From positions 1 through 64,000 of the forward strand of contig JBDKFG010000024.1 of NCBI GenBank assembly GCA_039798785.1: a stretch of DNA of 64,000 bases. Reading direction: 5' to 3'. The notes beneath the pieces were generated by a model. It searched no databases. It was not told the DNA's origin and saw only the letters and a program-made list of their open reading frames with translations. Made by a program: the position numbers and the translations under genes. This document shows positions 58,186 through 64,000 of this stretch, one piece after another. The first letter of the stretch is position 1; each line of letters begins with the position of its first letter. The DNA is from Verrucomicrobiota bacterium. Lineage in GTDB: Bacteria; Verrucomicrobiota; Lentisphaeria; Lentisphaerales; Lentisphaeraceae.

Positions 58186-60024
58186 TCAGAGAAATTTGCG
58201 GAAGGCGCTGACCAAGTCCGCCACCTTGAAGGGCTTGCCCATGATCTGGGTGACCGACTGGGCGTCGATGGCGTATTTGGCGCGGATCACTTGCACCAGC
58301 TGACCGAGGTTGATTTCGGGGATGACGACGGTGTCGAAGCCGGAGAGGATCTCTTCGAGGTCGAGGGGCAGCGGGTTGATGTGGCGCAGGTGGACGTAGG
58401 AGATCGAGGCGCCTTCTTTTTGAAGTTCCTTGACCGCGCTGACGACGTGGCCGTAGGTGCCGCCCCAGGCGAGGACGAGGACCTTGCCGGACTGGGCGCC
58501 GAGGATCCTGGTGGGTCCGTAGCTCTTGGCGATGGCGGCGACCTTGTCCTTGCGGAGGCCGCACATCAAAGCGTGGTTCTTGCCGTCGTAGGATATGTCG
58601 CCCTTCTCGTTCTTCTCCAGGCCGGTGAGGGTGTTCTGGAGGTTGGCGGTGCCCGGGGTGACCCACTTGCGGGCGAGGGTTTCGGGATCGCGCTCATAGG
58701 GCTTGTAGGGCTTGCCGTCCTCGCCGGTGTAGAAGGCCTGTTTGATGCCGGGGAGATCGGCGAAGGCGGGCACCTTCCACAGGTCGGAGGAGTTGGCGAT
58801 GAAGCCGTCGGAGAGGAAGTAGACCGGGGTCATGTATTCGACCGCGATGCGGGCGGCTTCGAGGACGGCGTGGAAGCAGTCGACCGGCGACGAGGCGGCG
58901 ATGACCGGGACGGGGCATTCGCCGTTGCGGCCGAAGAGAGTGAGCATCAGGTCGGACTGCTCGGTCTTGGTGGGCAGGCCGGTGGAGGGGCCGCCGCGCT
59001 GGACATCGACGATGACCAGGGGCAGCTCGGTCATGGCGGCGAGGCCGACGAATTCCGCCTTCAGGCAGATGCCGGGGCCGGAGGAGGCGGTGACGCCGAG
59101 CGAGCCGCCGTAGGAAGCGCCGAGGGCGACGCCGCAAGCGGCGATTTCGTCTTCCGCCTGGACCGTCTTGACGCCGAAGTTCTTCAGCTTCGAGAGGTCG
59201 TGCAGGATGTCGGAGGCGGGAGTGATCGGGTAGGTCGAGTAGACCACGTTCAGGCCGGACTTGACCCCGGCGGCGACGAGGCCGTAGGCGGTGGCGGAGT
59301 TGCCGGTGATCTGGCGGTAGGTGCCGGCGGGCATCGGGGTGGACTTCACCTTGTAGCGGCGGGTGAAGATCTCGGCGGTGTCGCCGTAGTTGTAGCCGGC
59401 GCGGAGGGCCTTGCTGTTGGCCTGTTCGATGACATCCTTGCCGCCGAACTTCTTCAGGATCCAGGCTTCGGTGTAGTCGAGGCTGCGGTCGAACATCCAG
59501 TACATCAGGCCGAGGGCGAAGAAGTTCTTGCAGCGGCGCTTGTGCACCGGCTTCATGTCGAGGTCCTTAAGGGCCTCTTCGACCAGGGTGGTCATCGGCA
59601 CCGAGATGAGCTGGAACTTCTCGCCGACCATCGGGTTGTCTTCGAGCGGGTTGGTCTCGTAGCCGGCCTTGCGCAGGTCGATGTCGGAGAAGTTGTCGGA
59701 GTTGACGATGAGGACGCCGCCGCGCTTGAGGTCTTCGATATTCATCTTATAAGCGGCGGGGTTCATCGCGACGAGGATGTCGGGCTGGTCACCGGGGGCT
59801 TCGACCGATGCGGCGGCGAAGTTGACCTGGAAGCCGGAGACGCCGGCGGGGGTGCCGGCGGGGGCGCGGATCTCGGCGGGGAAGTCCGGGAAGGTGGAGA
59901 TGTCGTTGCCGGCGATCGCCGAGGTGTCGGTGAACTGGGTGCCGGTGAGCTGCATGCCGTCGCCGGAGTCGCCGACGAAGCGCACGACGGCGCCTTCAAT
60001 TTGGATCTGCTGGGTGTCTACCAT
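58186..60024 (-). CDS. korA: 2-oxoacid:acceptor oxidoreductase alpha subunit
   Basis: GDSGDGMQLTG, YPITPAS, QAEDEIA, QRGGPSTGLPTK. Confidence 0.95.
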   Translation of the reverse strand: MVDTQQIQIEGAVVRFVGDSGDGMQLTGTQFTDTSAIAGNDISTFPDFPAEIRAPAGTPAGVSGFQVNFAAASVEAPGDQPDILVAMNPAAYKMNIEDLKRGGVLIVNSDNFSDIDLRKAGYETNPLEDNPMVGEKFQLISVPMTTLVEEALKDLDMKPVHKRRCKNFFALGLMYWMFDRSLDYTEAWILKKFGGKDVIEQANSKALRAGYNYGDTAEIFTRRYKVKSTPMPAGTYRQITGNSATAYGLVAAGVKSGLNVVYSTYPITPASDILHDLSKLKNFGVKTVQAEDEIAACGVALGASYGGSLGVTASSGPGICLKAEFVGLAAMTELPLVIVDVQRGGPSTGLPTKTEQSDLMLTLFGRNGECPVPVIAASSPVDCFHAVLEAARIAVEYMTPVYFLSDGFIANSSDLWKVPAFADLPGIKQAFYTGEDGKPYKPYERDPETLARKWVTPGTANLQNTLTGLEKNEKGDISYDGKNHALMCGLRKDKVAAIAKSYGPTRILGAQSGKVLVLAWGGTYGHVVSAVKELQKEGASISYVHLRHINPLPLDLEEILSGFDTVVIPEINLGQLVQVIRAKYAIDAQSVTQIMGKPFKVADLVSAFRKFL

Positions 60025-60247
60025 GATCTAAGGTCCCGCGGGGTTCTACTTTTGGATTTTCAGGCCGCCAATGTACGCGAGGGGAGGACTTTGCCAAGGC
60101 GGAGAGGTGCTTCGCCTATGTACTAGGACATAATCAATGATGGCGACAAGGGTGATCTCGGCAGCCCTGATAAAATCTTAAAATATGTAAAATGAACAAG
60201 TTGTGATGATGATACAGAGACATCCGGCGACAGCCTCGGCCCGGCAT

Positions 60248-60274
60248 AAAAAAGCCCTGCCGGGTAGGCAGGGC
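60248..60274 (-). terminator. Intrinsic terminator of hpf
   Basis: gccctgcc hairpin followed by T6 on the minus strand. Confidence 0.75.
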
Positions 60275-60294
60275 GGCGCGTGCCAGGACGGATT

Positions 60295-60636
60295 TCAGTC
60301 CTGATTCGCCTTGTCGGCTTCGACGTTGCCGAGATGGCGGGCGTGCTGTTGGTGGTGGATCTTGTCAATCCGTTTCTCGAGCTGGCGGTCGAGACGGTCG
60401 ACCGCCAAGGCGAGGGACTTGTGCAGATCGGCCGCTTCGGCGTGGGCGTCGAGGTGGATCTTGTCGCCATGGAGGACGATCTCGGCCTTGATCGATTTGT
60501 CAGGAAGCTCGGTGAGGACGACATCGGCCTTGATCAGTTTCGGGTGGCTGCTGCGGAGGGCGGACAGACTATCGGCGACAAGGCTTCTGATTTTGTCGGA
60601 AATCTGGAAATTGCGGGCGGCGACGATGATGTCCAT
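60295..60636 (-). CDS. hpf: Ribosome hibernation factor (HPF/RaiA)
   Basis: MDIIVAARNFQIS..AEAADLHKSL..AVDRLDRQLEK. Confidence 0.8.
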   Translation of the reverse strand: MDIIVAARNFQISDKIRSLVADSLSALRSSHPKLIKADVVLTELPDKSIKAEIVLHGDKIHLDAHAEAADLHKSLALAVDRLDRQLEKRIDKIHHQQHARHLGNVEADKANQD

Positions 60637-60744
60637 GGTCTATCTCCTTTTTCGAACTCTCTCGGGGGGGGGGCTCCGGTGGATTCCCTCCCCACTCAAA
60701 TAGACACCCTTTTCAGCGCGGGGTGCAAGTGTGGCTGGGTCGAT

Positions 60745-61674
60745 TCAGCGAATTTTTCCGGGGTTTTCCCGCCCTGGCCGCCAGGCGGCGACTAGGGCAT
60801 CGAGCTCGGCGAAGGAGCTTTCCCGAGCTTCTGGAAGGAAGCGGTGCTCTTCCTGGCTGGCGAGGAGTGCGGCGGCCTTGGCGGCGAGATCCGGAGGCAG
60901 GCTGGGGTGGCGGCCGAGGGCGGCGGCGAGTTCCGAGACACTGAGCGACTCGGGCAGTCCGAGGCGGAGGCGGCACCAGATCCGGAAGGCGAGGAGGCGG
61001 GCGGACTGGCCTGGCGCTGGAGCCAGCTTGGCGGCATCGCGGCAGGCGTCGCGGTAACGTTGCTCCGGGGTGGCCTGGCGTCGGCGCCAGAGGATCACCA
61101 TGAGGATGGCGAGGGCGAGGGAGCCGGAAAAGGCCCAGGCGAGCAGAGTGAGTCGCAGCCAGTCGCGATCAGGGTCGGGCCGATCGAGCAACTTATCGGA
61201 AAGAGGAGGTGCCGGGGGCGGCAGCCACCGCGGATCGGCCTCCGGCAAGATGAAGCTGAGCGGCGGCAGTGCGGCATGGATCGGATCGCCCTCGCTGACG
61301 GCGATCGACAGGGAGGCGTTTGCAAGGGGACCCGGCGCGACGCCGCTGAGGCGTGGGCGCAGGCGCCAGACCAGGCCGCGAGCTTCGAGGCCGGAGAGGG
61401 TGCTTTCGAACTCCTCGTGGCCGACGGCGGCGGTGCCGAGACGCCAGTCGAGCCGCGTAGGCTTCACCCCCGGCGGCAGGCGCAGCTTCAGCTCAAGACC
61501 AACGGCTTCGCCGACCGGGATCTCGCCGTGTGCGGAGCGGCATTCCAGCAGCAACGGCGGGCAGTTGCGCCGCACCCAGCCCAGCCAGCCGGCCAGGATC
61601 AGCAGAGACAAAAGCAGCGCGCCTGCAGGCAGGGCGAGACGGCGGAGGCGGGGTTGGGATGGGGACGTGATCAT
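60745..61674 (-). CDS. Hypothetical membrane protein (BatD-like architecture)
   Basis: N-terminal TM, beta-rich domain (VGEAVGLELKL), second TM. Confidence 0.55.
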   Translation of the reverse strand: MITSPSQPRLRRLALPAGALLLSLLILAGWLGWVRRNCPPLLLECRSAHGEIPVGEAVGLELKLRLPPGVKPTRLDWRLGTAAVGHEEFESTLSGLEARGLVWRLRPRLSGVAPGPLANASLSIAVSEGDPIHAALPPLSFILPEADPRWLPPPAPPLSDKLLDRPDPDRDWLRLTLLAWAFSGSLALAILMVILWRRRQATPEQRYRDACRDAAKLAPAPGQSARLLAFRIWCRLRLGLPESLSVSELAAALGRHPSLPPDLAAKAAALLASQEEHRFLPEARESSFAELDALVAAWRPGRENPGKIR

Positions 61675-61706
61675 GTTGAATTCAACGCGCAAGCGCGGAT
61701 TTTCTT

Positions 61707-62906
61707 TCAGGGAAAGAGCTCGGCCCAGGGGCCTGGACCGGTTTCCGGGGCTTCGAGGCCGGCAGGCAGCGCAGCCGGCCCGGAGCGCGGCGTGTCGAGG
61801 CGGCGCAGATGCTCCAGGCAGGCCCGGCCGAGATCAGGCGCGAGGGCAAGCTTGGTCGGCCAAGCGACGATGGCGTTGCCCACCGGGGCGGTGAAGGCGT
61901 TGTCAGGTCGAGCGCCGTCGGACTGGTGCGGCTCGGCACGATCGACACGCCAGGTCGCCCATTCCGCCGCTCCGAGGTCGATCCAGGGCGTCAGTTCGGC
62001 AAGGAGTTTCCGCGCGGCGTCGATCTGCTCCTCAGGACTGCGATCGACGCCGTCCTCGCTGATATTGCCGCCCAGGGTCCAGACTGGGGCGCCATCGGGG
62101 GCGAACTGGGTGGTGATGGTCAGCTCCGGCTTGGTCGCGGCCCCGACGCAGTGGGCGTAGACGGGATGGGGGAAGCGGTGCTTCACCGCCACCATGTGGA
62201 GGGGGCGTCGCTGCATCCGCGGGCGCCCCTTGCCGGGCAGGCCGGGGAGAAGCTCCTCCTGGCCTTCGCCGGCGGCAAGGACGAGCGCGGCGGGGCGCAC
62301 ATGGAAGAGCCCACCCTGAGGAAGCCGGAGGGCGACGCGGGTGAGAACTTCCTCCTCCCAGGTGAAGGAGGATGCTTCGGCGCGGGCTCGGATCTGGGAG
62401 CCGGAGTTGAGGCGTGCGAGGGCGCGGAAAACGCTGGGGATGTCCAACACCGGTTCGTGGAGAGCGTAGAGAGGCCCCTTGAATCCCTTCAGTCGGAAGG
62501 CTTCGGGGCGCTCGGATTCGGCGACTTCATGCATCAGCGACACCACCGCCTTCGACGCGGCGAGAAGAGCCAGCTTTGAAAACATGCTGCCGGTGCTCCA
62601 CATGTAGTGGTAGGGCGAAAGCTGACGGGCGGCGGAAAGGTCGATTTCGCCTCTTCCCGCAAGGGCGGCGCGCCACTGCTCCGGCATGCCGCGGATGGCA
62701 TTGGTGGCGGAGCCGAGTACGCCGTCCAACGCGTACTTGATGCCGCCGTGGATGATGCCCTGCGACATCGAGGACTGCCGACAGCCGAGGCTGCCGGATT
62801 CGGCGAGGACGACACGGTAGCCCTGGCGGCGCAAAAGCTCCTGGGTCCAGGCGCCGGCGATGCCGCCGCCGATGATCAGCACGTCGCAGTGAAAGTCGTC
62901 GCTCAT
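61707..62906 (-). CDS. FAD-dependent oxidoreductase (DAO family)
   Basis: DVLIIGGGIAG, SQGIIHGGIKY, WPTKLALAP. Confidence 0.88.
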   Translation of the reverse strand: MSDDFHCDVLIIGGGIAGAWTQELLRRQGYRVVLAESGSLGCRQSSMSQGIIHGGIKYALDGVLGSATNAIRGMPEQWRAALAGRGEIDLSAARQLSPYHYMWSTGSMFSKLALLAASKAVVSLMHEVAESERPEAFRLKGFKGPLYALHEPVLDIPSVFRALARLNSGSQIRARAEASSFTWEEEVLTRVALRLPQGGLFHVRPAALVLAAGEGQEELLPGLPGKGRPRMQRRPLHMVAVKHRFPHPVYAHCVGAATKPELTITTQFAPDGAPVWTLGGNISEDGVDRSPEEQIDAARKLLAELTPWIDLGAAEWATWRVDRAEPHQSDGARPDNAFTAPVGNAIVAWPTKLALAPDLGRACLEHLRRLDTPRSGPAALPAGLEAPETGPGPWAELFP

Positions 62907-63059
62907 CGCAAATCCTCGGGTCGATTTTGAATCTCCCCACTAGACATCCATCTCGGCAATTCCGCACCACTTCCGCGCCGTGCCCCCGACGAATCACCGC
63001 GGCCGCTGGCACAGCCGCCAATAACCGTTAAGTTGCTCGGAAAAGCGAGTACCTCAATC

Positions 63060-64000
63060 ATGGCCAAGAAAGTCGCCCGAGTCAGCCGCCTCACCCAGGA
63101 AGATCTGGCCTCCCGTCCCCACAGCGATCTGCGCAACCTGATCATCGAAGACATCCGCCGCAAAGGTCTGCGCGACGGCGACCGCTACCTCGGCGCCGAC
63201 GGCGTCGGCGAACTCCTTGGCGTCAGCCCGGTCACCGCCAACCGCCTTCTTGCCGCCATGGCCGAAGAGAATCTAGTGGTCCGCCGCCGCAAGGCCGGCA
63301 CCTTCGTCGGCAGCGGCTTCGTCCGCGACGAACAGCAGCGGCGCGACGGCTTGCGGGTCCTGCACATCCTGATGGTGAAGGAGAATTCGCACGACCAGAA
63401 CTCCGATGAGCGGTGGAGCGAAGTGATGTGGAAGCAGGTGCCCGGCGCCGCACTCCGCATCCACCAGGTCCCCGAAGACGAATCCTTCTTCCACGCCCGC
63501 CACATCGTCGGCCAGATCGCCGCCAGCGGTCTCGACGAAGGCCTCATCCTGATCCGCGCCACCGAGCGCATCCAGCGCCTGGTCGCCCAGAGCGGTGTCA
63601 AGGCGGTGGTCTTCGGCCACCTCTTCCCCGGCGTCGGCGGCCTGCATTGCGTCACGATGGACCAGACAAAGGCGGGCGAGCTGGCGGTGGCCGCCTGCCG
63701 CGCCCAGAAATGCCAGCAGCTTGTGGTGGTGATGCGCGCCTCGTGGCGGATGGGTGATGCCGACTTCTTCGCCGCCATTCTCCGCCAGGCCGGTGCCGCG
63801 GGCCTGCGCGCAGACCAGATCCAGCTGGTCGTCGCCGACGAGGAGCCCGACGCCTGCAGCGACCAGATCCGCCAGGCGCTCGCCAGCAGCCCGTCCGGCC
63901 GCATCGGCCTGATCTGCCGCCACAGCGCTTTCGCCCGCGCCGCGCTGCGTCACAAAGGCGACTTCCATATCGTCAGCGCCACCGCTGACAACGATTCGAA
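63060..64000 (+). CDS. GntR-family regulator, truncated by the window end
   Basis: Translated by hand: MAKKVARV..IEDIRRKGLRDGDRY..LLGVSPVTANRLL..LVVRRRKAGTFVG; absent from the ORF track, presumably because no stop falls in the window. Confidence 0.8.
   Translation, partial: MAKKVARVSRLTQEDLASRPHSDLRNLIIEDIRRKGLRDGDRYLGADGVGELLGVSPVTANRLLAAMAEENLVVRRRKAGTFVGSGFVRDEQQRRDGLRVLHILMVKENSHDQNSDERWSEVMWKQVPGAALRIHQVPEDESFFHARHIVGQIAASGLDEGLILIRATERIQRLVAQSGVKAVVFGHLFPGVGGLHCVTMDQTKAGELAVAACRAQKCQQLVVVMRASWRMGDADFFAAILRQAGAAGLRADQIQLVVADEEPDACSDQIRQALASSPSGRIGLICRHSAFARAALRHKGDFHIVSATADNDS

Overview
A GC-rich bacterial chromosomal window, probably from the PVC superphylum and Lentisphaerota-like. 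That placement is inferred from the prepilin/H-X9-DG proteins, GntR/LacI hybrid regulators and Zn-ribbon Ser/Thr kinase. Housekeeping content: pheA, a two-domain PPK2, a SNF2 helicase, mscS, nqrM-ABCDEF, dctA, tsaD, rpsT-rpsB-tsf-pyrH, korAB and hpf. Accessory content: a non-phosphorylative deoxy-sugar (L-fucose-type) catabolic operon, an HscC/J-domain cassette, and fliC-fliD followed by an ankyrin protein and a sigma54 activator. The intergenic DNA is unusually rich in structure. (1) A GxxExxY nuclease-fold gene sits inside the sugar operon between 34-bp inverted repeats built from 9-mer tandem units, and several gene-less hairpins of the same design lie elsewhere in the window. (2) A 138-bp MITE with TIRs and a 4-bp TSD has a second, partial copy. 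(3) There are two ~210-225-bp nested-palindrome REP-like elements and a degenerate dispersed repeat. (4) A 5'-only group II intron fragment lies upstream of fliC. (5) Sigma28 and sigma54 promoters and a GGA-rich fliC leader are visible. Two adjacent sugar enzymes carry histone-H1-like Lys/Ala tails. No rRNA, tRNA or CRISPR array was seen.
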